From: a virus
Taxonomy: Duplodnaviria; Heunggongvirae; Uroviricota; Caudoviricetes
Length of the DNA: 23,292 nt
Reading direction: 5' to 3' (one strand)
Virus record (IMG/VR): IMGVR_UViG_2541047850_000002
In this document: positions 10,164 to 19,073 of the stretch, piece by piece
How the letters are laid out: the number at the start of each line of letters is the position of its first letter
Position numbering within the stretch: position 1 is the stretch's first letter
Made by a program: the position numbers and the translations under genes
Notes under the pieces: model-generated
Databases searched by the model: none
What the model was told of the DNA's origin: nothing
Seen by the model: only the letters and a program-made list of their open reading frames with translations

Positions 10164-10867
10164 TAACTGACGGTAACAGTGCAGGAAGTAGAGGTCACTT
10201 TGTTAACCGGGCTTGCTGAATCAGAAATCTCGCAGGTATATGCACCCGCATCACCGGATACTGCCGATGCCTTACTGAACGTTGCCGCCGTCTGTCCGGA
10301 AACAGGAGAACCACCTTTCTTCCAGACATAAGAATAAGGCGGCACACCACCCGCAGCCTCAACCGCCATTTCAAGTTTCGATCCGGAAGCAACCCGCAGC
10401 GTGCTTTTTAAATCGACCTTCACTTTCAGCGGCTCTGTCGTCAGCACAGGTTTACCTTTCAGGCGCAGAGAAAACGTTGCAGCCACAACACCATTGGTTC
10501 CTGCAGACCAGGTATGCTGACGCACCTCTGCCATAAAGGTAAATCCGTTGCCTGACGGAAAAATAACTTTAAAGCCATACGTGGTGTCATTGTCATAGGC
10601 ACTGCGCAACGCGTTCTGGGCAGCATTGAGGTAAAAGTTGCCTGACATGGAAATCTCTGAAGCAGCACCAAGGCCGTTAATATTTTCCTGCTCAACAGAA
10701 CACAGCGTGGTGACATCAATATCCTGCTTTTGTCCTGCAGTAAACTGCACCTCTTTGATTGTACAGCTCAGGCCAAGATAGCTGGCAGAATCCAGGGTTT
10801 CTGCTGTTACCGGTGCAGACGAAATCATAATTTTCGTCAGTTGCGAACGCTCAAAATTAGAGGACAT
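10163..10867 (-). CDS. Major tail tube protein (V-like) with C-terminal Ig-like domain, ~234 aa
   Basis: Start at ATG 10867 (MSSNFERS...) with AGGAGA SD; C-terminal ~90 aa has Ig-like signature (GAYTCEISD, alternating beta-strand pattern); position between tail terminator and G. Confidence 0.82.
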   Translation of the reverse strand: MSSNFERSQLTKIMISSAPVTAETLDSASYLGLSCTIKEVQFTAGQKQDIDVTTLCSVEQENINGLGAASEISMSGNFYLNAAQNALRSAYDNDTTYGFKVIFPSGNGFTFMAEVRQHTWSAGTNGVVAATFSLRLKGKPVLTTEPLKVKVDLKSTLRVASGSKLEMAVEAAGGVPPYSYVWKKGGSPVSGQTAATFSKASAVSGDAGAYTCEISDSASPVNKVTSTSCTVTVS

Positions 10868-10881
10868 ACTCGTCTCCTGAA

Positions 10882-10906
10882 AATAAAAAACCCGCCAGCG
10901 GCGGGT
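10882..10906 (-). terminator. Intrinsic terminator-like hairpin (CCCGCC-AGC-GGCGGG + T-run) between U-like gene and V-like gene
   Basis: Seen in sequence: minus strand ACCCGCCGCTGGCGGGTTTTTTATTTT immediately followed by V SD and ATG. Confidence 0.45.
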
Positions 10907-10926
10907 GGGTAAAATCATTAACGACC

Positions 10927-11271
10927 TCAGGCTATTACCTGAAATTCAAGCGTGGCTCTGCTCAGACGGGAGTCAGGATCATACCCCTGCGTTTTAGAAA
11001 TAACGGAGGGTGCCAGTTTCCTTACTGCATCAAGCGCCTGCTCACGAATATCATCTGCGTCATCAGGTACTGTCGCCCAGACATCGATCTGCACGGTAAT
11101 TCTGGATTCAGCCTGCCCATCAAGCACATCAGATGCCGTGTCAGACACCACAGAAAACACCAGCCACGGCGGAGATACCGCAGGCTTTCCCTCCGTCAGC
11201 GGGACCACATAAGGATAAACCTGTCCTCCGGCCAGCTGAGACAACAGGGAATACAGTGTGCCCTCCCTCAT
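10927..11271 (-). CDS. Tail terminator / tail completion protein (U-like position), 114 aa
   Basis: Small ORF directly upstream of major tail gene in canonical siphovirus order; no motif-level identification. Confidence 0.6.
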   Translation of the reverse strand: MREGTLYSLLSQLAGGQVYPYVVPLTEGKPAVSPPWLVFSVVSDTASDVLDGQAESRITVQIDVWATVPDDADDIREQALDAVRKLAPSVISKTQGYDPDSRLSRATLEFQVIA

Positions 11272-11717
11272 TTACTTAAGACCTCATCAATAGCCTGATT
11301 CATTCGCTGTATGGCAACCTGCGCCGCCAGCTCCTCTGTCGTATCGAAAGCCGGGCGAATGAATGGATGCGCGGGCATGTTTATCGTTCCCAGCTCCACA
11401 AAGCGCCAGTAAAATGCATTTCGGGGATCGCTGGCTTTCATGCTGTTATCACTGTTTCCGGTTCGCAGGTTCCGTCCGCGAATGTGGACACCCGAGATAA
11501 TTTCCCCCCGACGCTTTGAACGCTGAGTGAGAACAACCACATTTTTCTTCAGTTTCCCGGTTCGCTCCGGCGCACGTTCAACAACTGCATCCCGCATAAC
11601 TTCAGCACCGGCACGGGTGGCATCGCGCAGAACCTTATTGTTTTCTGCCCTGCTGAGCGTCTCCAGATCCCGTGCAATATCCGCCAGGCCGGAAAAATCA
11701 AGACTGAAATCCATCAC
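11268..11717 (-). CDS. Head-tail joining / tail component protein (HK97 gp10-like, Z-like position), 149 aa
   Basis: Gene order and size; overlapping start/stop with neighbours (translational coupling). Confidence 0.6.
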   Translation of the reverse strand: MMDFSLDFSGLADIARDLETLSRAENNKVLRDATRAGAEVMRDAVVERAPERTGKLKKNVVVLTQRSKRRGEIISGVHIRGRNLRTGNSDNSMKASDPRNAFYWRFVELGTINMPAHPFIRPAFDTTEELAAQVAIQRMNQAIDEVLSK

Positions 11718-12052
11718 ACATTCCCCTTCAGGCTGCAGAGTATTTCAAGCCGGGTAGCGCGTGCATCCGGTATTGGTGGACCTTCTATACCCAGAATGGC
11801 CCCTTTAAATGCACCGGTCAGCACTTTCAGACGTGAAGTCGCTGTCACATCGCGCCGGAATCTCATCCAGACTCTGACCGTAGCCTGAGCGGTTTCTGCT
11901 CCGCCTGAGATTATCTCCCTCCCGCTGATACCCTTAACTTCTGCCCATACGGTAGCTCCCTCCGTCACCGTCTCCACCGGATGCCCTGACGGAGAGCGGG
12001 CGGTGGTGACATTCAGAATAATTACGCGATCACGTAATCTGCCCGCCTGCAT
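11714..12052 (-). CDS. Head closure / head-tail adaptor protein, 112 aa
   Basis: Gene order between connector and tail completion genes; size typical. Confidence 0.6.
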   Translation of the reverse strand: MQAGRLRDRVIILNVTTARSPSGHPVETVTEGATVWAEVKGISGREIISGGAETAQATVRVWMRFRRDVTATSRLKVLTGAFKGAILGIEGPPIPDARATRLEILCSLKGNV

Positions 12053-12060
12053 GTCTCCTC

Positions 12061-12378
12061 CTACAAAGGAATAAAACGATAAGGCTCCAGCAGAGAAGAA
12101 AAACCAAACGGGACTGGTGCCTTGCTGACATCTGAGGAATTTTCCCGGTTTTCGTACCAGTGCCCGACCAGCAACATGAGCGCCAGCAAAACATCATCAG
12201 CTATAAGCACCCCTTCAGGATCACCTTCCGGCACCGTCTCCTCATAAAGCTTACGGTTGATAAAATTTTCTGCCTTGCGGCAGGCAGCCCGGAAATACAG
12301 CATCAGTAACTCATCATCAGTTGCATCATCTGTATCAATACGGCACTGCGCCCTGAGTTTTTCCACTATTGCTGCCAT
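12061..12378 (-). CDS. Head-tail connector (gp6-like) protein, ~105 aa
   Basis: Start set at ATG 12378 (MAAIVEKLRAQ...) with AGGAG SD; the longer ORF-track version would overlap capsid gene and terminator. Confidence 0.6.
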   Translation of the reverse strand: MAAIVEKLRAQCRIDTDDATDDELLMLYFRAACRKAENFINRKLYEETVPEGDPEGVLIADDVLLALMLLVGHWYENRENSSDVSKAPVPFGFSSLLEPYRFIPL

Positions 12379-12411
12379 CAGAAACTCCTGCCCGCAACAC
12401 TGTGCGGGCAT

Positions 12412-12433
12412 AAAAAAACCGCGTCGGCGCGGT
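12412..12433 (-). terminator. Intrinsic terminator-like hairpin (ACCGCG-TCGG-CGCGGT + T7) ~25 nt after major capsid stop
   Basis: Seen in sequence: minus strand ACCGCGCCGACGCGGTTTTTTTAT; a second hairpin (GCCCGCACAGTGTTGCGGGC) follows before the connector SD. Confidence 0.5.
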
Positions 12434-12454
12434 CTGTAACTGAACAACGAGTGG

Positions 12455-13672
12455 TTATTTGCCAGTGAGCGCCTTGATGGCTGCCACATCTTCCAGCACA
12501 CAGTCAAAACGATGGAAAGCCAGAAATGCCACCTGATCAAACTCAGCATAACGCTCAACCAGACGTTTCAGTTCCATATAAGTAACGCGGCGAATGATAA
12601 AGCGGTTTAAATCCCCCAGGAAAATGAATTTTTTTCCGGTACCAATCCCGTCAATAGCCTGATCAATAACATAAGGGATCCCCAGCACAGTAGCCGGCGT
12701 ACCGCCTGCAATATCCGGCAGCCATAACGGGCGTTTCTGCCCATCCTCCATCTCTTCAATAGTCTGCAATGTGGCATCATTGAATGCCCAGCGGTATTTC
12801 GGCCCACCACGATATGCCGGATCAATGGCATGTTTCAGGGCATTCATTTCTTTCCAGGTGAAAGCGGCAGAGGCTGCAGTCTGGATGGTTCCCGTCACCG
12901 ACGCTGCCAGCCCTTTTGGCTGTAACGGTGATCCCGTTCCGGTCCCCTGAACCAGATATTTTGCCTCTCCACGACCAATACGCTGGGCAATACGGTTTGC
13001 CAGATAAGATTCAATATCCACCCCACTGTCCTGGAGCAGCTCATTGGACACACGAATTATTTTTGATGACAGCTTTTTAGCCCCCAGAATAGCGGTCCCG
13101 AACGTCACATCCTGTTCCGTTGCGGCTGTATTTTCCGCCAGCAGTTCGCCCTCTTCAGTCGTGCCATCAGACGTTGACCAGGTGATATCCTGCCCGGTTG
13201 ATGTGGTCAGAAGTTGCGCCACACTGGCAATCCCGCCATAAGCCTTCATGGTGTCAATGATTTTGTTACGCATCTGCGTGGGCACCGTATATCCGCCCTG
13301 AGAATCCGTTGTTACACTCTGAGCCCGCAGTTCACGCATCAGATTACGCTCTTCAGCATTCAGTTCTGCAAATCCGGCACGCAGAAAACGGTTAAATGCC
13401 GCAGCGCGCTTCTCTTCCACCGCCTTTTTCCCGTTCTCCGCCTCATTATTCTGGCGCTCTTCCGGCCCGGACTCATCCACATATGCCTGATCCTGACGGC
13501 GCAACTCTTCTTCACGGGCGATTTGCTCATCCAGCGCATCCAGCTCAGCTTTCGCCCTGTTCCACTCTGCCCGTTGCTCATCAGTCCATGCGTTATCACC
13601 AATTTTTTCATGCAGTGCACGCATATCCTTTGCAATGGTGTTTCGTTTTTGCTTCATCTCATGAAGTTTCAT
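12455..13672 (-). CDS. Major capsid protein, HK97-fold with N-terminal coiled-coil delta/scaffold domain, 405 aa
   Basis: N-terminal ~100 aa charged/coiled-coil (delta domain) followed by capsid-like body; directly downstream of prohead protease as in HK97. Confidence 0.9.
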   Translation of the reverse strand: MKLHEMKQKRNTIAKDMRALHEKIGDNAWTDEQRAEWNRAKAELDALDEQIAREEELRRQDQAYVDESGPEERQNNEAENGKKAVEEKRAAAFNRFLRAGFAELNAEERNLMRELRAQSVTTDSQGGYTVPTQMRNKIIDTMKAYGGIASVAQLLTTSTGQDITWSTSDGTTEEGELLAENTAATEQDVTFGTAILGAKKLSSKIIRVSNELLQDSGVDIESYLANRIAQRIGRGEAKYLVQGTGTGSPLQPKGLAASVTGTIQTAASAAFTWKEMNALKHAIDPAYRGGPKYRWAFNDATLQTIEEMEDGQKRPLWLPDIAGGTPATVLGIPYVIDQAIDGIGTGKKFIFLGDLNRFIIRRVTYMELKRLVERYAEFDQVAFLAFHRFDCVLEDVAAIKALTGK

Positions 13673-13686
13673 CGTCAGTAGTATCC

Positions 13687-14286
13687 TTATGCATTAAGAA
13701 GGGTCAAAAGACGCTCACGCGCCATTCGTTCGTTAACAGCTTTCTTCAGCGCACCACTCGCCCGCGCTTCCTGCCAGGCTTTCATTGAGCGGACACCAGA
13801 GTCTGCGTCCTGATAGGCCGGATATGTCACCGGGCTGACGTCATACAGACGAGAAATGCGCGTGATTTCCCGGATAACAATCCCCTCGTCGTCTTCATAC
13901 CAGCTCTCTCCGTCACGGGCGACACGAAACGCGAACGAGGACTGATTAATGTCACCACGCAACATTGGAGACAGCACCAGGTCACAAATAGTCGGAGTAT
14001 CCGGTGCAACAATGTCATAACGTAAACCGCGTTCATCCACCGACAATGACAACGTGCCGGCAGAACTTCGTCCGAGAATGAAATTAGGATCATGATTAAA
14101 CAAGCCACGTACATCATCATTCAGTACATCATCAAAAGCCCCCGGCTTGATGATTTCACGAAATCCCCACAGAGGTTCTGAACGACTGTTAAATACCGAG
14201 CCATACCCCAGAATGTGGGTCGGGGCATTATCATATTGTTCCGCCCGCACCTCCCCGCTGTAACAGCGCGTTTCACGGTCATTCAT
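13687..14286 (-). CDS. Prohead maturation protease (HK97 family), 199 aa
   Basis: Size and position between portal and capsid; overlaps portal 3' end. Confidence 0.85.
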   Translation of the reverse strand: MNDRETRCYSGEVRAEQYDNAPTHILGYGSVFNSRSEPLWGFREIIKPGAFDDVLNDDVRGLFNHDPNFILGRSSAGTLSLSVDERGLRYDIVAPDTPTICDLVLSPMLRGDINQSSFAFRVARDGESWYEDDEGIVIREITRISRLYDVSPVTYPAYQDADSGVRSMKAWQEARASGALKKAVNERMARERLLTLLNA

Positions 14287-15505
14287 CGTTCTTTTCCTCT
14301 TTGCCTTTCGTATCTTTAAAGTTATTCAACGGATTTGCTGCATTTACGCTGACCAGCATTTCATCCAGACCGTCAACCGGGTTCATATCCTCAAATGCCC
14401 TGGCTTCATTCCGACTCATCCAGCCATCTGTAATGGCAAAGTGATAGAACTGCGCACGCTCCTGTGGGGTCCCACGGAGCAACCCCGTGAGGTTGAAACG
14501 AACGTAATACCCGGCAGCCCGTTCTGTACGGGTAAACAGGCGACGGTTAAGCTCCTGCTCCCAGTTCGCAACCCAGGGCATCATCGTGTAGCGAACAAAC
14601 TGAATCGCCTGCTGCGTAATATTCGAAAATGTGGCTTTTTCCAGGTCATTAATCATGTGCGCCGGGACATTAAAAATCCCGGCAATCATCGACCGGTTCA
14701 GCTTGGTCATATCAATGATCTGAGCATCCACCGGAGAAACTGTCAGAGCGCGGTAATCCAGTTGCGCAGGCAGCAACATGGTTTTATTTTCCTGGCTGCG
14801 AAGCGCTGTCACCGCCCGCTGCCACATATTTTTAAGCCTGCCCCAGCTTTGTTCGTTCAGTTCATTTTTCACAGAAATAATACCGGCAGGACGGGCATTA
14901 CCGTTAAAAAAGGCGCTGGTATACTGCTGGCCACTCATTCCCATACCAATGGTTTCAGCATGCTGCATGATCGGGCTCAGTCCCATTTTCTGATTGTTTC
15001 CCAGCGCCCTGATATGGATCATGTCGTCCGGACTTACCGCAAATGCACCCTCTTCGTTATACACCCCGTAAGTATGACGCCCACCGGTGTTAAGTAACGT
15101 GGTTTCCCATGGCATACAGCATTCAAGGCTGGTAACCTCTCCACGACGATTACGTTTTACCCACGTATAACCATTGCCCCACCCCAGCACATGACGCTGC
15201 TTCAGTTCCCGCCACTTATAGCTGGTCTGCCAGGCATTAGGTTCATCATGAACGAGCCAGAACAACGGATGATCGCGTGCCGGCTGAACATGCTCATTCG
15301 TTTTTCGCATCACATGCAGGGGCATCTGAGCCACACTGGATGAAATAACATAAATACAGGCATAGACAGCAGCCAGCTTCATGGATGTTTCCGGACTGAC
15401 ATACACATCCCGGGCAAAAATATTATCCGTCTCAGCGGCCTCTCCGGTTACCGGAACCGAGGGATTTTCCAGAGGCTCACTGCGAAACAGAGCATCAAGA
15501 AGCAT
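14279..15505 (-). CDS. Portal protein (HK97 family), 408 aa
   Basis: Size and position after terminase large subunit; GAGGAG SD upstream of ATG. Confidence 0.88.
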   Translation of the reverse strand: MLLDALFRSEPLENPSVPVTGEAAETDNIFARDVYVSPETSMKLAAVYACIYVISSSVAQMPLHVMRKTNEHVQPARDHPLFWLVHDEPNAWQTSYKWRELKQRHVLGWGNGYTWVKRNRRGEVTSLECCMPWETTLLNTGGRHTYGVYNEEGAFAVSPDDMIHIRALGNNQKMGLSPIMQHAETIGMGMSGQQYTSAFFNGNARPAGIISVKNELNEQSWGRLKNMWQRAVTALRSQENKTMLLPAQLDYRALTVSPVDAQIIDMTKLNRSMIAGIFNVPAHMINDLEKATFSNITQQAIQFVRYTMMPWVANWEQELNRRLFTRTERAAGYYVRFNLTGLLRGTPQERAQFYHFAITDGWMSRNEARAFEDMNPVDGLDEMLVSVNAANPLNNFKDTKGKEEKNDE

Positions 15506-15635
15506 GTTTTCTCCTCATGGACACCACCAGTGCATAAAGCAGCAACAAACAGCCCGACAGCATCAGAGACGCTGGCAGACCTGCATACAGATAAACGCCA
15601 GCAGTGAGCAAACCGAAACCGATCAGCCCGGTCAT
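15495..15635 (-). CDS. Small hydrophobic ORF (46 aa, MTGLIGFGLLTAGVYLYAGLPASLMLSGCLLLLYALVVSMRRKHAS) in TerL-portal gap; putative membrane peptide
   Basis: Hand-translated; two predicted TM-like stretches; stop overlaps portal start; no convincing SD, so could be non-coding. Confidence 0.25.
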   Translation of the reverse strand: MTGLIGFGLLTAGVYLYAGLPASLMLSGCLLLLYALVVSMRRKHAS

Positions 15636-15652
15636 ATCAGTAATAAGCTGTT

Positions 15653-17410
15653 TCACAGAATTAACAGGTCCTCATCAGGATCAAGCGTGGACAGAAAGTC
15701 ATTCACGCCCCCTCCATTTACCAGAAAGCGGCTCATGGCTGTAAAAAGCGCAACAGGGCCGTCGATTTTGGCTTCCGGCGTGGATTTATTCGGGAAGATG
15801 TTGTCGTTTTTGTCCGGTTTTACAGTAACGTTAGACATCATCCAGTTCATGACCGGATGATTGCTGTGATGGAAACGCCCGGCATAAACCAGTGATTCCG
15901 TTTCCTTCATGGCCTCTGACAGATTGCGGACCGTCTGCGGAACCTCCACCAGCGGTATCCCTTCTTCAGCCAGTGCCAGGCTGAACTGCATTGCGCTCCA
16001 CGGGTCAAATCCCAGTTCCCTGAGGTTTTCACCGCCAATCCATTCCAGTAAGTCACTTTTTATCTGAGCATGATCGATAACATCACCATCCGTCAGGATG
16101 AGCTTATCCATCTCCGCCCACTTCCGGTAAAGTTCTGCCTGCTGCCGCGAGCATCGTTCCAGCCGTCCTTCCGGAAGCCAGAATTTAAAATCAGCATGAA
16201 CATGTCCGTTATCGGTTCGCCAGAGTTTTGCCGCCGCACAGATATCAATCTTATGAGCAAGGTCGACGCCGACCCACATGGGATATGTTTTCAGCTCATG
16301 TTGTGGAGCAATGTATTCGCACTTCTCCCACTTAATCATATCCATCCAGGCAGATTCGGCAGTGACCCACACATTCATGTGTTTGGTAAAAAAATTCACC
16401 CGCGCAGAGACCTGCTCCTTCGCTTTTTTCGCCAGACGACGCAGATCATCCCAGCGTTTACAGATGCCCAGGCCAGGATTCGCTTTCTGCCAGACCGTTT
16501 CATCAAACGGATCATCTCCCTCATCAAGCGTGTAAATGATCGCAAAGTAAGAGTCGTCTTTTACAGCGCCCTCCACGTCGCTGTTATAGCCTCGCAATAC
16601 CTTGATGGCGTAATCACGCTGCTCGTAACAAATCCCTTCCTTGTTAAAGCCAGCCGTGGTGATACCAAATAACAGGGACTGCAGACGGGCACCGGTTGCC
16701 GTTTCCAGAACGTCCCACACGTCGCGGGTTTTATGTGCATGCAGCTCATCAATAATGGCGCAGTGGATGTTCAGACCGTCCAGGTTGTTTGCATCCGAGG
16801 AAAGCGGTTCAAATTTTGATGCGCTCTGCTCCTGGTAAATCGCCAGCTTGTTGAAATCAAACAACCGCCCGAGTGTCGACCGGGCTTTTCTGACCATATT
16901 TTTGGCGTCTTCAAACACGATTCTGGCCTGGTCACGCGTGGTTGCGGCTGAATACACCTCAGCTCCGCCTTCACTATCTGCCCCCGTCATATACAGGCCG
17001 ATACCCGATGACAGTGTTGATTTTGCGTTTTTACGGGCGACTTCGTTGTACGCCGTCCGGAACCGGCGCACCATCACCGGACGTCCGCTGCCATCGCTGC
17101 GCATGACAACTTCCCCGGTTTCTTCATTGACCAGCGGAATGACAAAACCAAAAATATTAATGAGGATAAATACATGCCAGTCCATCAACTCAATGGGCTG
17201 GCCTGCCAGTGCCCCTTTTACATGAGGCACAAATTTGTAGAAATTCAGGATGTGCTGCGCACGGGGTTCACTGAAATAAATCCCCCGCTTTTCGCCGTAC
17301 TTCAGATCATCAAGAAAACGCTGGCAGGCCAGGCGGACAAATTCGCCAGCAACAATTTCTCCTGCAACAACACGTTCGGCGTAGCGGATCCCGTCAGCCA
17401 CTTTTGCCAT
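15653..17410 (-). CDS. Terminase large subunit, 585 aa
   Basis: Size, position after TerS with ATGA start/stop overlap; ATPase-like N-terminal half. Confidence 0.9.
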   Translation of the reverse strand: MAKVADGIRYAERVVAGEIVAGEFVRLACQRFLDDLKYGEKRGIYFSEPRAQHILNFYKFVPHVKGALAGQPIELMDWHVFILINIFGFVIPLVNEETGEVVMRSDGSGRPVMVRRFRTAYNEVARKNAKSTLSSGIGLYMTGADSEGGAEVYSAATTRDQARIVFEDAKNMVRKARSTLGRLFDFNKLAIYQEQSASKFEPLSSDANNLDGLNIHCAIIDELHAHKTRDVWDVLETATGARLQSLLFGITTAGFNKEGICYEQRDYAIKVLRGYNSDVEGAVKDDSYFAIIYTLDEGDDPFDETVWQKANPGLGICKRWDDLRRLAKKAKEQVSARVNFFTKHMNVWVTAESAWMDMIKWEKCEYIAPQHELKTYPMWVGVDLAHKIDICAAAKLWRTDNGHVHADFKFWLPEGRLERCSRQQAELYRKWAEMDKLILTDGDVIDHAQIKSDLLEWIGGENLRELGFDPWSAMQFSLALAEEGIPLVEVPQTVRNLSEAMKETESLVYAGRFHHSNHPVMNWMMSNVTVKPDKNDNIFPNKSTPEAKIDGPVALFTAMSRFLVNGGGVNDFLSTLDPDEDLLIL

Positions 17411-17892
17411 CAGTCTCTCGCTTTTAAAAGCTCTGCCAGCGGATCAACATTATCCGGTCCGGCGGTATTTACTTTTGCCCGGCTTGCCGGTGACATACCA
17501 AATTCTGCAAGCATCGCCCGGATCCGCTTCCAGGCATCCGCTTTCATCGCAGCAGCCGGGTGTGCCTTAATCAGCACATCACCGTTCTGCGTTTCCGAGC
17601 GGTAGGTGTACCCCTCAACATCGAGTGTTTCGCAGTGATGCCGGTATTCGGTATAGGCTTCCACCAGTAGCTCAAGCGCACGCGCATCAAGCTGAGAAAT
17701 GATCCCTTCCGCATTCAGCTCTTCCGCCATTCGCCTGAACCAGTACTTCCCCTGCGCCCCTAAATGTTGCGGAATTTTAGGGAGACCTTTTTCATCCTTT
17801 TTAGCGGTTTTTTTGAGGTCTTTAACTGGCCGCTTTGAGGGGTTGCCTCGTATCAAATGCAGGCGTGGCGGGATTTTCGGGGGTCCAGACAT
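17410..17892 (-). CDS. Terminase small subunit (P27/HK97-type), 160 aa
   Basis: Basic N-terminus (PKIPPRLHLIRGNPSKRP), position immediately upstream of TerL. Confidence 0.8.
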   Translation of the reverse strand: MSGPPKIPPRLHLIRGNPSKRPVKDLKKTAKKDEKGLPKIPQHLGAQGKYWFRRMAEELNAEGIISQLDARALELLVEAYTEYRHHCETLDVEGYTYRSETQNGDVLIKAHPAAAMKADAWKRIRAMLAEFGMSPASRAKVNTAGPDNVDPLAELLKARD

Positions 17893-18039
17893 AATCGGTT
17901 TTACCTATCAATCATTTAATCACATTCCAAAAAAAAGTTTTCGAACCTGCGGCGATGCGAGGAAAGGTCAGGCGGCGGTACTGAGCAGCCAGGGTTGCAG
18001 AGATTTGACCCGCCCCTCCCCTACAGATGGGAACTGTTA
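17893..18039 (-). other. HNH-TerS intergenic region; probable location of cos (cohesive end / terminase recognition site)
   Basis: Inference from HK97-like genome organisation (HNH gene - cos - TerS); region contains GC-rich GGCGGCGG and GGGGAGGGGCGGG tracts. Exact cos not identifiable without comparison. Confidence 0.3.
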
Positions 18040-18390
18040 TCAATTGATGCGTTCGCGCGCTGTTTTTGCTTTATGACAGGGCCAGCACAGACTCTGCAGG
18101 TTACTGTCTGCATCTGTGCCACCATGAGCTTTCGGAATGATGTGGTCCACAGTTCTGGCTTCAACGGCTCTCCCATTGCGCAGGCAGTTCTGACACAGAT
18201 GATTATCACGCTTCAGTATGCGCGCACGTATGGCATCCCATTTCGAGCCATAGCCACGCTGGTGGCGGCTCAGTCCGCGTTGATGCTGTACCCATCCTTC
18301 GCCACGATGTTTATCGCAGTAACCAGAACTGTCTGTGGTTGTACCTGCACATCCACGCTTACGGCAGGCGCGTGGGATTAGTGCTGGCAT
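18040..18390 (-). CDS. HNH endonuclease (terminase-associated), 116 aa
   Basis: Cys-rich zinc-finger plus HNH motif (VDHIIPKAHGGTDADSNLQSLCWPCH); position immediately upstream of cos/TerS as in HK97 gp74. Confidence 0.88.
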   Translation of the reverse strand: MPALIPRACRKRGCAGTTTDSSGYCDKHRGEGWVQHQRGLSRHQRGYGSKWDAIRARILKRDNHLCQNCLRNGRAVEARTVDHIIPKAHGGTDADSNLQSLCWPCHKAKTARERIN

Positions 18391-18528
18391 GTTTCGCCCT
18401 TATATAAATCAAAGGTGACCTGCATTGAGTATCTCCATGGAATAGATTTGCTGCTGATATGAGACAGATCAATAGACTTCATGAGCCAACGGGTGTAGAT
18501 ATTACTTTTTACTTCAGAGGGTTAACTC

Positions 18529-19068
18529 ATGGATATTAAAGATAAAATCAATACCATTTTGTTATGTGACATTGCCATCCACCTAGGTATCGAAACTGAT
18601 ATTGATCCACAGCTTGTTAAATATGCTGTGTCATCTGGTAATGATTGGGTTATCAAGGCCGAATATTCACATTTGGATGTTGACGAACCAAGTAAAGAAG
18701 ATCGTGATTTTGTTACTGCTGTCTTGAATATGTATCGCGGACTTTCCAATGCTTTCAGGAAACTTAGTGATGACGAGCAAAAAGAATTAGTCCGTGACCA
18801 TCATCTAAAAATACATGATGGGGCAATTCAGCTCCCAGGTTTCGACGGTAATAATGAATGCGATTACTTCAGTATCATTGAGGCATATCAGAAAATTGAT
18901 CGCTTCCCCGAACAGAAACAGCCCATTGCCAATACTCATTCACGTACAGAACATCTCTATAACGCAATGCTTGATGAGTTTAAGAAAATTGACGCTGTAA
19001 ATCGAAGCTGGGATTTATCGAAGGAAGAACTGGCATCCATTCTTTCCACAGCTCCACGCAGTTTCTAA
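18529..19068 (+). CDS. Opposite-strand AT-rich moron gene, 179 aa; resembles YfbU/UPF0304 family by recalled motif pattern (function unknown)
   Basis: Only convincing + strand gene in the window; GAGGG SD 8 nt upstream of ATG; visibly AT-rich versus flanks; motif similarity to E. coli YfbU (LPGFDGNNECDYFSIIEAY vs FLGFDAATEARYLGYVRF; VLNMYRGL vs IMEMYHAL) is from memory, not a search. Confidence 0.6.
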   Translation: MDIKDKINTILLCDIAIHLGIETDIDPQLVKYAVSSGNDWVIKAEYSHLDVDEPSKEDRDFVTAVLNMYRGLSNAFRKLSDDEQKELVRDHHLKIHDGAIQLPGFDGNNECDYFSIIEAYQKIDRFPEQKQPIANTHSRTEHLYNAMLDEFKKIDAVNRSWDLSKEELASILSTAPRSF

Positions 19069-19073
19069 GTGCT

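Noticed and set aside
14441-15097. + strand ORF of 218 aa antisense to portal gene
   Set aside because: Shadow ORF inside the portal gene; low-complexity basic translation.
16070-16672. + strand ORF of 200 aa antisense to terminase large subunit
   Set aside because: Shadow ORF; the minus-strand TerL reading frame is continuous and far better supported.
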